A stretch of 40,817 nt of DNA from Candidatus Hadarchaeales archaeon (GCA_038851755.1 JAWCKR010000013.1:1-40817); one strand, 5' to 3'; counted from the stretch's first letter, positions 25,363 to 35,515 are shown. Made by a program: numbers and translations. Notes: generated by a model from the letters alone, not told the origin.

Positions 25363-26412
25363 ATGAGGGAGAGACTGGAGAGGCTGCAGGAGGAACTGGG
25401 GAGGAGGGGGCTGGACGCCTGCCTGGTGCTGAGGCACCAGAGGTACTTCTCCGGGACCTCGGCCGGGACCGCCGTCCTGCTGCGGAGGGAGGGAAAGCCC
25501 CTCCTCTTCTGCTCCAGGATGGAACTCGAGAGGGCCAGGAGGGAGAGTCGCCTGCCCGTCCTGCCCTACGGTTCGGAGCCCTCGGAGGAACTGTGGAAGG
25601 TGGCCGGAAAGGTCCTGCGGAAGGGGGGGGAGAAGAGAGTGGCCTACGACGAGGCCTCACCTTCCTTCCTATGCAAGCTCCGGAGGGAGGCTGGTGAAAT
25701 CAGGCTCCTGAAGTTCAAAGGGTTCTTCGGTGAGTTCTGCGAGCCGAAGACTCCGAGGGAGATAGGGTGGATGAGGAAGGCGGCGGAGATAGCCCTGAAG
25801 GGGCTCGAGTGCGCCTCGGAGCTGGTGGGGGAGGGAAGGAGCGAGAGGGAGATAGCGGCGGAGGTGGAGTACGAGATGAGGAAGGCAGGGTCGGAGGGGA
25901 CGCCCTTTCCCACGATCGTGGCCTCCGGGAGGAACTCCCTTCTCCCCCACGCCACCTCCACCTCCAAGAAACTCAGGAGGGGGGAGCTGGTGGTGGTGGA
26001 CCTGGGTGCCCTCTATCGGGGCTACTCCTCCGACCTCACCAGGACCTTCGCCCTCTTCCCCTCTCGCAGACAGGAGAAGCTGGTGGAGGCCGTGAAGGCG
26101 GCCCAGCTGGCGGCCCTGGAAAGGGTGAAGGCGGGGGAGAAGGCGGAAAGGGTGGAGGAGGCCGCCAGGGAAGAGCTGGAGGCGGGGGGATACGGAAAGC
26201 ACCTCCTGCACGGGGTGGGGCACGGGATAGGTCTGGAGGTCCACGAATCCCCCAGCCTGCGGCGTGGCTCCAGGGACGTGCTCAGGAAGAACTCGGTGAT
26301 CACGGTGGAGCCCGGGGCCTACGTCCCCGGAGTGGGAGGGGCCAGGTGGGAGGACATGGCGGTGGTGAAGGAGGGGGGTGCCGCCCTGCTCTCCGGAGGT
26401 GAAGGAGTATAA
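25363..26412 (+). CDS. Xaa-Pro peptidase (M24 family)
   Basis: PHA, DLGA..GYSSDLTRT, HGVGHGIGLEVHE, TVEPG and RWED. Confidence 0.93.
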   Translation: MRERLERLQEELGRRGLDACLVLRHQRYFSGTSAGTAVLLRREGKPLLFCSRMELERARRESRLPVLPYGSEPSEELWKVAGKVLRKGGEKRVAYDEASPSFLCKLRREAGEIRLLKFKGFFGEFCEPKTPREIGWMRKAAEIALKGLECASELVGEGRSEREIAAEVEYEMRKAGSEGTPFPTIVASGRNSLLPHATSTSKKLRRGELVVVDLGALYRGYSSDLTRTFALFPSRRQEKLVEAVKAAQLAALERVKAGEKAERVEEAAREELEAGGYGKHLLHGVGHGIGLEVHESPSLRRGSRDVLRKNSVITVEPGAYVPGVGGARWEDMAVVKEGGAALLSGGEGV

Positions 26413-26448
26413 ATCCGCGGAGGAAAAGAGGCTCCGTCCGGTGAGGGC

Positions 26449-27849
26449 ATGAGGGAGGAGGACACCTTCGGGGAGTGGTTCAACAGGCTCATCCTGGAAG
26501 CGGAGATCATGGACCCGCGCTACCCCGTCAAGGGGCTCTGCGTCTGGCTTCCCTACGGGATGGAGCTGAGGAACAGGATCCTCTCGGTGATCAGGGGGCT
26601 CCTGCTGGAGAAGGGGCACAGGGAGGTCCTCTTTCCCCTCCTCATCCCCGAGGACCTCTTCAGGAAGGAAGAGGAGCACATCAGGGGCTTCGGGGAGCAG
26701 GTATACTGGGTGACCAGGGGGGGAGGGGAGGAGCTGGACGTGAAGCTGGTCCTCCGTCCCACGAGCGAGACCGCCATGTACCCCATGTTCTCCCTCTGGA
26801 TCAGGTCCCACACCGACCTCCCCCTGAAGGTCTTCCAGGTGGTGAGCGTCTTCAGGTACGAGACCAAGATGACGAAGCCCATGATCAGGATGAGGGAGGT
26901 CACGACCTTCAAGGAGGCCCACACCGTCCACTCCAGCAGGGAGGAGGCGGAGGCGCAGGTGAAGGAAGCCGTCTCCCTCTACTCCAGGTTCTTCGAAAGG
27001 CTCTGCCTCCCCTACGTGGTCACCAGGAGGCCGAAGTGGGACACCTTCGCCGGGGCGGACTACTCCCTGGCCTTCGACACCCTCCTCCCCGACGGCAGGG
27101 TCCTGCAGATAGGCACCGTGCACTTCCTGGGCCAGAACTTCTCCAGGGTCTTCGAGATAAAGTTCCAGAAGCCCGACGGCACGCACGAGTACGCCCACCA
27201 GACCTGCTACGGGATTTCGGAGAGGGTGGTGGCCGCCACGCTGGTGCTCCACGCCGACGGGGTGGGACCCTGCCTCCCCCCGAGCGTGGCCCCCGTTCAG
27301 GTGGTGATCGTCCCCATCCCCTTCAAGGAGGAGAAGGAACCCGAGCTCTTCTCGGAGGAGGTCAGGAAGAGGCTGGAGGAGGGGGGCTTCAGGGTGGTGC
27401 TGGACGGGAGGAACCTGAGGCCCGGAAACAAGTTCTACTACTGGGAGAGGAGGGGCGTCCCCCTGCGCCTGGAGGTGGGGCCCAGGGAGAGCTCCTCCCG
27501 CACGGTCACGCTGGTGAGGAGGGACAGGAAGGAGAGGAGGGAGGTTCCCCTCGAGGAGCTCCACGCTGTCCTCTCCAGGACGATGGAGGAGATGGAGGAG
27601 GAGATGAGGAGGAGGGCCTGGGAGAAGATGGAGGGGAGGATCAGGAGGGCCCCGGACCTGAAGGGAGCGGTGGAAGCCGTGAGGGAGGGTGGGATGGCCC
27701 GGATCTGCTTCTGCGGGGAGGAGTGCGCCGGGAAGGCCGAGGAGGAGACGGGCTTCCAGGTGCTGGGGGAGGAGGTGGGTGGGGAAGCGGGAAAGTGCGC
27801 CCTGTGCGGGAAGCCCGGACGGACCTTCCTGATGGGGAAGAGCTACTGA
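26449..27849 (+). CDS. proS: Proline--tRNA ligase (archaeal/eukaryotic type)
   Basis: [45 protein letters not shown], and a C-terminal Cys motif ending GKSY. Confidence 0.97.
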   Translation: MREEDTFGEWFNRLILEAEIMDPRYPVKGLCVWLPYGMELRNRILSVIRGLLLEKGHREVLFPLLIPEDLFRKEEEHIRGFGEQVYWVTRGGGEELDVKLVLRPTSETAMYPMFSLWIRSHTDLPLKVFQVVSVFRYETKMTKPMIRMREVTTFKEAHTVHSSREEAEAQVKEAVSLYSRFFERLCLPYVVTRRPKWDTFAGADYSLAFDTLLPDGRVLQIGTVHFLGQNFSRVFEIKFQKPDGTHEYAHQTCYGISERVVAATLVLHADGVGPCLPPSVAPVQVVIVPIPFKEEKEPELFSEEVRKRLEEGGFRVVLDGRNLRPGNKFYYWERRGVPLRLEVGPRESSSRTVTLVRRDRKERREVPLEELHAVLSRTMEEMEEEMRRRAWEKMEGRIRRAPDLKGAVEAVREGGMARICFCGEECAGKAEEETGFQVLGEEVGGEAGKCALCGKPGRTFLMGKSY

Positions 27850-28733
27850 TCACCCAAGGCCTTCTGGACCTCGGCCGCGGAGGGGAAGCCCACCGGCCCC
27901 TTGTACCTCACCTTCAGGCCCGCCGCGGCGTTGGCGAACCTCAGGGAGCGCTCCACCTCCCTGGTCTCCAGGTACTTGGCCAGGAAGACCGCCCCGAACA
28001 CGTCACCCGCCCCCGTGGGGTCCTGGGCCTGCACCTTCAGCCCCTCCACGCTCACGGTCTTCCCCTCGTAGGAAGCCATGCAGCCCTTTTCCCCAAGGGT
28101 CACGATGGCGATCTTCACCCCCATTCTCTTCAGGAGCTCAAGCATCTCCTTGGGGCTCTTCTTCACTCCCTCCACCTCCTCCCTCCCCACCTTCACCACG
28201 TCCGCGTGCTTCACGAACTCCTGCAGGTTCCCTGGCATCCTGATCCTCACCTTCCCACCCTTCCCCACCTCCCTGAAGAGGCCCTGTGGATCCAGCATCA
28301 CCGTGGAGTCGGAGCGCTTCAGGCTGCGGAGGAGCTCGGGGGTCACCTCGCCCGCCACGGGTGAAACGTAAAAGCCCCTGACCTCCCTGTAGCCCTCAGG
28401 TACATCCTCGGGCGAGAGGGGAGGGGCCCTGTACCTGCACTTCTGTTCCCTCCTCCCCTTCTTGTCGTAGATGTTCTCGAAGAGGGTGGTGTGCTCCCCC
28501 ACCACCGCGATTCCCTCGGTGTCTATCCCGAAGGCCCGGTACAGGGGCGGGAACTTCTCAGGCAGATCCCTCCCCACCTTCGAGAGGGCCCCCACCTCCT
28601 TCCCCAGGGCCCTGAGGGCGAGTCCCCCGTACGTGGGGGCACCTCCCAGGATGTTCTCGATCACCCCCCAGGGAAAGACGTTCACGTCGATGGCAATGTG
28701 GCCCACCACCACGATCTCAGGCTCGGGCCCCAT
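27843..28733 (-). CDS. PfkB family carbohydrate kinase (possible myo-inositol kinase)
   Basis: VGHIAID, LGGAPTY, VTLGEKG and DPTGAGDVF; directly downstream of ino1. Confidence 0.9.
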   Translation of the reverse strand: MGPEPEIVVVGHIAIDVNVFPWGVIENILGGAPTYGGLALRALGKEVGALSKVGRDLPEKFPPLYRAFGIDTEGIAVVGEHTTLFENIYDKKGRREQKCRYRAPPLSPEDVPEGYREVRGFYVSPVAGEVTPELLRSLKRSDSTVMLDPQGLFREVGKGGKVRIRMPGNLQEFVKHADVVKVGREEVEGVKKSPKEMLELLKRMGVKIAIVTLGEKGCMASYEGKTVSVEGLKVQAQDPTGAGDVFGAVFLAKYLETREVERSLRFANAAAGLKVRYKGPVGFPSAAEVQKALGDQ

Positions 28734-28734
28734 C

Positions 28735-29802
28735 TCACACCTTCCCCCTTATGAAGTCCTCCACCGCCTTCCTGGCCACCTCATCCGGCATCTGGACGGG
28801 TGGGTGCTTGAAGAAGTACGCGGAAACGCCCAGCAGGGGACCCGCGACCTTCCTGTCCATGGCTATCTTCACGGCCCTCAGGGCGTCGATGACCACCCCG
28901 GCGCTGTTGGGGGAGTCCTCCACGGAGAGCTTCACGTCTATCGTGAGGGGAATGTCGCCGAACTTCCTCCCCCTGATGAAGATGTAGCACACCTTGTTGT
29001 CCTTCAGGAAGGGCACGTAGTCGCTGGGCCCTATCCTCAGGGGGACCTCGTAGGGGACCTGGCTGGAGACGGCCTCGGTCTTGCTCACCCTCTTGGAGCT
29101 GAGACGCTCCTCCTCCAGCATGTTCAGGAAGTCAGTGTTTCCCCCGATGTTCAGCTGGTAGCTCTCCTCCACCTTCACCCCCCGGTCGACCAGCAGCTTC
29201 ACCAGGGTCCGGTGCAGGATGGTGGCCCCCACCTGCGACTTGATGTCGTCACCCGCGCAGGGGAGACCCGCCTCCTGGAAGCGCTTGGCCCATCCCTTGT
29301 CCGAGACGATGAACTCGGGAATGCAGTTCACGAACCCGCACCCCGCCTTCAGGGCCGCCTCCGCGTAGAACCTGGAGGCCTTGTAGCTCCCCACCGGGAG
29401 GTAGTTGATCAGGATGTCCGCCTTGGAGTCCTCCAGCACCCTGACCACATCCACGGGCTTGGGCTTGGAGCGGTGGGGTATCACGGGGGTGAGGTACTTG
29501 CCCAGGCCGTCCAGCAGCGGCCCCTCCATCACCTCCACCCCCAGCCTGGGCACGTCGCAGAACTTGGCGGTGCAGTTCGGAGGGGTGAAGATGGCCTCCG
29601 ACAGGTCCTTCCCTATCTTGTTCAGGTCCACGTCGAAGGCGGCCACGAACTTTATGTCCCTGATGTGGTAGTCCCCGAACCTGACGTGCATCAGGCCCGG
29701 GACGGACTCCTCCTCCTTGGCGTTCTTGTAGTACTCCACCCCCTGCACCAGGGAGGAGGCGCAGTTCCCCACGCCGGCGATGGCGACGCGGATGGCCCCC
29801 AT
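28735..29802 (-). CDS. ino1: myo-Inositol-3(1)-phosphate synthase
   Basis: [44 protein letters not shown] and EDSPNSAG. Confidence 0.96.
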   Translation of the reverse strand: MGAIRVAIAGVGNCASSLVQGVEYYKNAKEEESVPGLMHVRFGDYHIRDIKFVAAFDVDLNKIGKDLSEAIFTPPNCTAKFCDVPRLGVEVMEGPLLDGLGKYLTPVIPHRSKPKPVDVVRVLEDSKADILINYLPVGSYKASRFYAEAALKAGCGFVNCIPEFIVSDKGWAKRFQEAGLPCAGDDIKSQVGATILHRTLVKLLVDRGVKVEESYQLNIGGNTDFLNMLEEERLSSKRVSKTEAVSSQVPYEVPLRIGPSDYVPFLKDNKVCYIFIRGRKFGDIPLTIDVKLSVEDSPNSAGVVIDALRAVKIAMDRKVAGPLLGVSAYFFKHPPVQMPDEVARKAVEDFIRGKV

Positions 29803-29886
29803 GTTTACCTTCGTCTTTACTCCCCTCCCCCTTAAAAATGTGCTTCACGTTCTGTCATATTTAAACCCTGGAAAACCTTTATTAGG

Positions 29887-29904
29887 TCCCCCCCGAAGGG
29901 GGGA
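29887..29904. repeat. Perfect 7-bp inverted repeat (TCCCCCC-CGAA-GGGGGGA) between the TATA element and the PadR start
   Basis: Seen directly in the sequence. Confidence 0.6.
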
Positions 29905-29913
29905 AGGGGGCTT

Positions 29914-30225
29914 ATGAAGAGGCTAAAGCGCAAGACCACCGTGGAGATGCTCTGGCCCTACGTGCTCAACCTCCTGCGGGAGAGGCCCATGTACGCCTAC
30001 GAACTCAGGGACGCCATCTACCATAAGTTCGGGTTCAGACCCCCTATGGTCTCCTGCTATCTGGTCCTGAACAAGCTGGAGAAGCAGGGATACACCTCCT
30101 CCGAGTGGAAGGACCAGCGGGGGAGGCCCGCCAGGAAGTACTACAAGATCACCCCCAAGGGGACCGAGCTCTTCAAGCAGGTGGGGAGCTACTTCAGGGA
30201 GCTGGCGGATAAGCTGTCCGCCTAG
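29914..30225 (+). CDS. PadR family transcriptional regulator
   Basis: LNLLRERPMYAYEL, YLVLNKLEKQGY and RPARKYYKITPKG. Confidence 0.92.
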   Translation: MKRLKRKTTVEMLWPYVLNLLRERPMYAYELRDAIYHKFGFRPPMVSCYLVLNKLEKQGYTSSEWKDQRGRPARKYYKITPKGTELFKQVGSYFRELADKLSA

Positions 30226-30803
30226 TCCCCCAGCCTCTCCCTGGCCACCACCATCCTCTGGACCACCGTGAGGTGGGAGAGAACGGCCACCAGCACCACG
30301 GCGTAGTTCGTGAAGCCCAGCACCGAACCGAAGCCCAGCAGGAGGAGACGCTCCCCCCTCTCCGCCAGTCCCACCTCCATCTTCCCCGTCCCGGCGGCCT
30401 CCCCTCTGGCCCTGACGTAGCTCACCATGAGGCTCCCAAGCATGGCCGCACCACCCCAGACCAGACCCGAGACCCCGAAAGCCTCGGCCAGACCACCCCA
30501 GACGATGGCCAAAAGGACGAGAAAGTCCACGTACCTGTCCACCACGGAATCCAGAACCCCCCCGAACCTGGTCTCCTTCCCCCCGCTCCTGGCCACCGCC
30601 CCGTCCAGCAGGTCAAAAAGGCCGCAGACCAGGAGGAGGAGCCCTCCCCAGAGGGACTCCCCCCTGGCGAAGAGGGCTGCGGAGACCAGACCCACCACCA
30701 GTCCCAGGAGCGTGAGGGAGTTGGGCGTCACCCCCCTCCTGGCGAGGGCGGACGCCAGGGGTTCCACCAGTTCCCCCACCCTGTCCTTCACTCCGCTGAG
30801 CAT
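30222..30803 (-). CDS. CDP-alcohol phosphatidyltransferase (likely archaetidylinositol phosphate synthase)
   Basis: TPNSLT, DLLDGAVAR...FGGVLDSVVDRYVD, SYVRARGE and GLAERGER; close to ino1. Confidence 0.9.
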   Translation of the reverse strand: MLSGVKDRVGELVEPLASALARRGVTPNSLTLLGLVVGLVSAALFARGESLWGGLLLLVCGLFDLLDGAVARSGGKETRFGGVLDSVVDRYVDFLVLLAIVWGGLAEAFGVSGLVWGGAAMLGSLMVSYVRARGEAAGTGKMEVGLAERGERLLLLGFGSVLGFTNYAVVLVAVLSHLTVVQRMVVARERLGD

Positions 30804-30820
30804 CCTCTCTCTTCGGAGGA

Positions 30821-30840
30821 GGGAAAAAAAAGGAAAGGGG
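30821..30840 (-). terminator. Oligo-T/pyrimidine tract after the 24-aa ORF
   Basis: Minus strand reads CCCCTTTCCTTTTTTTTCCC. It could instead, or also, be the AT-rich promoter element of the next gene. Confidence 0.45.
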
Positions 30841-30853
30841 GTAGGTGGGAAGT

Positions 30854-30928
30854 TCAGCGGCAGCAGCCCGAAATCGTCGTGGTTTCCTTTTCAGCCTTCT
30901 TCTTCTTAGCCGCCTTCTTCTTGGCCAT
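30854..30928 (-). CDS. Putative 24-aa Lys-rich peptide with C-terminal Cys-Cys (MAKKKAAKKKKAEKETTTISGCCR)
   Basis: ATG at 30928 is preceded by GGAGGGATTCC. AAAAACCTAAAT lies further upstream, a T-tract lies downstream, and Lys is always AAG. Confidence 0.6.
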   Translation of the reverse strand: MAKKKAAKKKKAEKETTTISGCCR

Positions 30929-31020
30929 GGAATCCCTCCGCTCGAGTGGTTGATGGGAGAGCCCCCATTTAGGTTTTTCCGGGGGAGAAGACCTAAATCC
31001 TCCCTCTCCGGGAATGGAGG

Positions 31021-31854
31021 ATGATTTTCCTGGGGCCAGCGGGAGTACCCCTGGGAAGTCCGGAGAAGAGCACCCTGGGCGGGCTCAGGTACCTGGCGAA
31101 GGTGGGGCTGAACGCCATGGAGGTTCAGTTCGTGAGGGGGGTGACCATGAGCAGGGAGATGGCGGAGGAGGTGGGAAAGGAGGCGAGGAAGCTGGGGATA
31201 AGGCTCTCCGTCCACTGCCCCTACTTCGTGAACCTCTGCTCCCCGGAGGGGGGAAAGGTGAGGGCCTCCCAGCGCAGGATCCTGGAGTCGGTGGAGAGGG
31301 CGGAGAGGATGGGAGCGTGGGTGGCCACCTTCCACCCTGGCTTCTACGGGAAGCTCAGCCCGGAGGAGGCCCTGGAGAGGGTGAGGGAGGGGTGCTCGGA
31401 ACTCAGGAGGGAGATGGAGAGGAAGGGATGGGGTGAGGTGAGGCTGGGGCTGGAGACCATGGGGAAGCAGGGGACCTTCGGAACCTTGGAAGAGGTGGTG
31501 GAGGTCTGCGGGGAGGTGGAGGGGTGCGTCCCGGTGGTGGACTGGGCCCACCTCTACGCCAGGAAGGCCGGGGAGCTGGACTACGGGTGGGTCTTCGAGA
31601 ACCTGAAGGGCCTGGGGCTGGAGCGCCTCCACACCCACTTCACGGGGGTGGAGTTCACCAGGGTGGAGGAGGGGAGGGGGAACGAGAAGCACCACCTGGA
31701 GCTCTCCTCGGAAAAACCTCCCTTCGAGCCCCTGGCCAGGGAGATCCTGAAGAGGAAGGTGGAGATTACCCTCATAAGCGAGAGCCCGGTGCTGGAGCGG
31801 GATTCCCTGGTGATGAAGGAGATCTTCAGGCGCCTGGGCCACAGGTTCCCCTGA
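31021..31854 (+). CDS. nfo: Endonuclease IV-like TIM-barrel protein (archaeal type)
   Basis: LGPAGVP, MEVQFVRG, SVHCPYFVNL, FHPGFY, LETMGK, DWAHLYAR, HTHFTG, GNEKHH and ISESP. Confidence 0.88.
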   Translation: MIFLGPAGVPLGSPEKSTLGGLRYLAKVGLNAMEVQFVRGVTMSREMAEEVGKEARKLGIRLSVHCPYFVNLCSPEGGKVRASQRRILESVERAERMGAWVATFHPGFYGKLSPEEALERVREGCSELRREMERKGWGEVRLGLETMGKQGTFGTLEEVVEVCGEVEGCVPVVDWAHLYARKAGELDYGWVFENLKGLGLERLHTHFTGVEFTRVEEGRGNEKHHLELSSEKPPFEPLAREILKRKVEITLISESPVLERDSLVMKEIFRRLGHRFP

Positions 31855-33079
31855 GCCTCTCGGCCAGCCTCCCCACCTCCACCTCCTCCTGCTCCCCGCT
31901 CTCCATGTCCCTCAGCGTGACCTTCCCCACCGCCAGCTCCCTGGGCCCCACGATCACCGCGTACCTGGCCCTCCTCGCGCTCGCGTGGGCCAGGGCCTTG
32001 CTCAGGCTCCTACCCATGAGGTCCACCTCCGCGCCCACCCCCTTCCTCCTCAGCTCCGTCGCTAGCCCCAGGGCCTCCTCCAGCACCCCCTCCGTGGCGG
32101 GCAGAACGACGCAGCAGAGTTCCTCCTCCTCCACCCCTCCCCTCTCGAGCAGGAGCTGGGCGATCCTGTCCACCCCGAAGCCCACCCCCACCGCCTGGCA
32201 GGGCTCCCCACCCAGCGCTTCCGCCAGCCCGTCGTACCTCCCTCCTCCCGCCACCTGGACCCCTCCCACGTAGACCTCGAACACGCAGTCCGTGTAGTAC
32301 TCCAGCCCCCTGGCTATGCTGAGGTCCACGCGCAGGCCGGTGGCCCCCATCCTCTCCGCCAGCTTCAGGATCCTCTCCATCCTCTCCAGGATCTCCCTTC
32401 CTTCCTTCCCCACCTTCCCAGCGGCCTCCTCCAGCACCTCCCTTCCACCCTCGAGCCGCACCAGCTCCCTGAACCCGTCCGCCCCCTCCCTGCCCTCCAG
32501 CTCCCTCTCCAGCCTCTCGGGATCCCTGGAGTCTACGGCCCTCAGGACCCTCTCCGCCTCCTCCCCCCTCACCCCCATCCCCTCCAGCACCAGACGGAGG
32601 AGACGCACGTTCCCCACCCTGAACTCGCCCCCCAGCCCCAGCTCCCTGAAGACCTCGTGGGTGAGGGCGATGACCTCGGCGTCGGCCTCGGGCCTGGGGC
32701 TCCCCAGCACCTCCACCCCCGCCTGCCTGAACTGCCTCCAGCGGTGGGCCTGGGGCTCCTCGTACCTGAAGCAGGGACCGAAGTAGAAGAGCTTCACGGG
32801 CTTGCTCTCGGACCTCAGCCTCTCCAAGTAGAGCCTCACCACGGGAGCGGTGAGCTCCGGCCGCAGCGCGAGTTCCTTTCCAGACTTGTCCCTGAAGACG
32901 TAAAGCTGTCTCACCACCTCTTCCCCGCTCTTCCTGGTGAAGAGCTCCAGGCTCTCGAAGATGGGGGTCTCCACCTCCCTGTATCCCCACCGGAGGAAGA
33001 CCCTCCTCATCACCTCCTCCACCCTTCTGATGCAGGTCAGCTCCTTTCCCAGCAGGTCCCTCGTTCCCTTGGGCCTCAC
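31826..33079 (-). CDS. hisS: Histidine--tRNA ligase
   Basis: PKGTRD, LRPELTAP, FRYEEPQ..RWRQFRQ, RGLEYYT and GGGRYD. Confidence 0.97.
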   Translation of the reverse strand: MRPKGTRDLLGKELTCIRRVEEVMRRVFLRWGYREVETPIFESLELFTRKSGEEVVRQLYVFRDKSGKELALRPELTAPVVRLYLERLRSESKPVKLFYFGPCFRYEEPQAHRWRQFRQAGVEVLGSPRPEADAEVIALTHEVFRELGLGGEFRVGNVRLLRLVLEGMGVRGEEAERVLRAVDSRDPERLERELEGREGADGFRELVRLEGGREVLEEAAGKVGKEGREILERMERILKLAERMGATGLRVDLSIARGLEYYTDCVFEVYVGGVQVAGGGRYDGLAEALGGEPCQAVGVGFGVDRIAQLLLERGGVEEEELCCVVLPATEGVLEEALGLATELRRKGVGAEVDLMGRSLSKALAHASARRARYAVIVGPRELAVGKVTLRDMESGEQEEVEVGRLAERLRGTCGPGA

Positions 33080-35463
33080 GCTCCCAGCCTCTCCCAGTCC
33101 ACCCTGAAGAGGAGCACGAGACCGTTGGAACTCCTGTAGACTTGCTGCAGGTAGGGTATGGAACCCGGACTGGTGAAGACCAGCATCCCCACCGGGTCAG
33201 GTATTGCCTGGATGGCCTCGGAAACTCCCCGAACGAGCCAGGCCCCAGCCAGGTTCTCCCCGAAGAAGAAGAGGACCAGGGTCTCCCGAAGGTCCACCCT
33301 GTCCGGCGGCCTGAAGCTGATGGCCTGTGGCTGTCCCTTCTCATCGAGGGAGATGTAGGCCACGCCGTCCAGGTAGAGGTCCCCGCTCTCGGTTCTGAGG
33401 TACACCTCGCCGTTGTCGGTGAGCACCACGTTCTTCCTGTTCTCGCTGAAGTCCAGAATCCATCCCCCCTCCTCCCGCGCGGGAGAGGATCTCAACCTGG
33501 TGGCGAGCCTCCCCGCACCCAGCACCTTTGAGAGGGGGGCATCGCGGGTCTTGTAGTAGTAGGCCTCCCAGTACTGCCCGGCGTGGAAGACCAGATAATC
33601 TATCCTGCAGCCGTAGTTGTCGCTGTAGGTCCTGAGGTACCACTCCAGCTCGTCCACGCCTATCAGGGGGAACCACTGCACGTCCGTCCTCCTCCCGTTG
33701 ATCGCCCACTCCTTCCGGGGGGTGTCCCCTCCGTATATCAGGGCACGGTTACCCTCCACCCTGTAGACGAAATCGGGGGGACGGATGGGGTAGCGCACGG
33801 GATCGTTCTCCCACGCACCTTCCTGGGCCGTGGACTCCACCCCGTCGCAGACCGAGTTCCTCTCCGAGACCCCCGTGAGGAGGTGGCCGTAGGACCACTC
33901 GACGGCCACCACGGAGTTCTCGGGGGAGTTCTCCCTCAGCCAGCTGAAGGTCTCCACCAGACCACTGTCCAACCCTCCCATCTCCCACTCCGTGGGGGGC
34001 GTGGTCCTTTCCGCGAACCTGTAGGCGTTGGAAACCAGCGGGGAGACCGCGAGCGCCCCACAGAGGGCAAGCAAGAGGGGTGTCCTGGACCAGTCCATGC
34101 TGGGAGCCCAAGGCTCCGTCGAAATCCTCTTGATGAGGGAGACCAGCAGACCCACCCCCACCCCGGCCATCACGGCCACGAAGGGCCACCACTGTCTTAT
34201 AAAGCGTGCCTGCCCCACCTCGGGCCAGACCAGACCCATGAGCACCACCAGCCAGACGAAGGGAAGGAAGTCCCCCGCCCCTCTCCCCTCCCGGGATGAC
34301 CCCAGCACCCTTCTCGCCATGAGGCCCGAAAACCCCAACACCACCAGGATGAAAACCCAGTCACCAGCTCTCTCCAGTCCGGCGTAGAACTGGGGGAAGA
34401 TCTCGCGCCAGGAACCGAAGGGTCGCATTTCGCTGGCATAGCGGGTGAAGACCAGCCCTCCCCCACCTCCAGAGCTCCAAGCCCACGCCACCAGGGAACC
34501 CACAACCAGGGAGAAGAGAAGCCAGCCCATACCCACCCTGCTTCTCACCCTGCTCGCCTCCCACCAGAAGTAAAGCCCCACCATCACCGCACCCGCACCC
34601 ACCGCCAGGGAGAGACGGGAGGGAAGGTAGCTCCAGAGACCGAGAAAAACTCCCCTCCAGTAATCCAGCCCACCGCCGCCCAGCGCATATACCACCGCCC
34701 CGAGGACGGAGAGGAGAACCAGCAAGCCCAGCGCCTGGTGGAGGTGCTCCCTGGTGGAGGAAAGGACGGCTTCCCCCGGGTTCCTCTTCTTCCACAGGTG
34801 CTCCAGGAATCCAGCCCCCACCCCTATCAAGGGCGCGACCACAATGGCGGGCAGGAGGTACCACCATCCCTCCCAGGAAAGGGCGAAGAGCCCTAGCACG
34901 CCCCCCGCCAGTCCCCCCCACCACAGGGCGGAGGAGAAGGACCTGGCCTTCAGCATCCTCAGAGAGAGAAAGACCGCCCAGAGGGTGAGGAGCGTCTGCA
35001 GGGCCTCCCTGTCGAAGGCCCCCACCTTGCACCAGTAGGTGAGGTTGGTCATGAGGGCTAGGAGGAGGGCTGCCACCGCCCCTGCCACTTCCCCCCAGAG
35101 CTCCCTGCCCACCAGAAAGGCCGGGATAAGGGAAAGGGCCAAGATGAGAGGTGACCAGAGTCTGCAGGCATCCATCAGGCTCACGTCGGAATCGAGGGAG
35201 TGGAGGGCCCGGTAGAGCATCACCAGCATGAGGGGCTGACCCTGCTCCCGAGGGGTGATGGACCATCCCGTCGGACCATGGGAGAGGGAGTACCTCTCCA
35301 CCATTCCGTCCTGCCGTTCGATCTCCCTGGCTATGCCGAAGAAGAAGCCGCTGTCGGAGGTGTTGAGGGTGTCCCCGTTCTTCCCCGGAACGAGAAGGAT
35401 GGAAAAGCTCAGGACCATCAGCGAGAGCAAATACAGGACCACCGCGAGTCTCTTGACGTTCAA
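33076..35463 (-). CDS. STT3/AglB-like oligosaccharyltransferase with divergent WWDYG motif (EWSYG)
   Basis: About 13 hydrophobic segments, then a soluble domain. Motifs DSGFF, GAFDRE, YASEMRP, QARF and WLRENSPENSVVAVEWSYGH...RNSVCDG. Confidence 0.85.
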   Translation of the reverse strand: MNVKRLAVVLYLLSLMVLSFSILLVPGKNGDTLNTSDSGFFFGIAREIERQDGMVERYSLSHGPTGWSITPREQGQPLMLVMLYRALHSLDSDVSLMDACRLWSPLILALSLIPAFLVGRELWGEVAGAVAALLLALMTNLTYWCKVGAFDREALQTLLTLWAVFLSLRMLKARSFSSALWWGGLAGGVLGLFALSWEGWWYLLPAIVVAPLIGVGAGFLEHLWKKRNPGEAVLSSTREHLHQALGLLVLLSVLGAVVYALGGGGLDYWRGVFLGLWSYLPSRLSLAVGAGAVMVGLYFWWEASRVRSRVGMGWLLFSLVVGSLVAWAWSSGGGGGLVFTRYASEMRPFGSWREIFPQFYAGLERAGDWVFILVVLGFSGLMARRVLGSSREGRGAGDFLPFVWLVVLMGLVWPEVGQARFIRQWWPFVAVMAGVGVGLLVSLIKRISTEPWAPSMDWSRTPLLLALCGALAVSPLVSNAYRFAERTTPPTEWEMGGLDSGLVETFSWLRENSPENSVVAVEWSYGHLLTGVSERNSVCDGVESTAQEGAWENDPVRYPIRPPDFVYRVEGNRALIYGGDTPRKEWAINGRRTDVQWFPLIGVDELEWYLRTYSDNYGCRIDYLVFHAGQYWEAYYYKTRDAPLSKVLGAGRLATRLRSSPAREEGGWILDFSENRKNVVLTDNGEVYLRTESGDLYLDGVAYISLDEKGQPQAISFRPPDRVDLRETLVLFFFGENLAGAWLVRGVSEAIQAIPDPVGMLVFTSPGSIPYLQQVYRSSNGLVLLFRVDWERLGA

Positions 35464-35515
35464 GCTCTCCCTGCTCTCTCAGAGGGCCCAAAATAAAAGC
35501 CGAACTAGGGGAACC

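Noticed and set aside
30800-30856. Selenocysteine read-through of the TGA ending the 24-aa peptide
   Set aside because: I see no convincing archaeal SECIS, and a T-tract follows closely.
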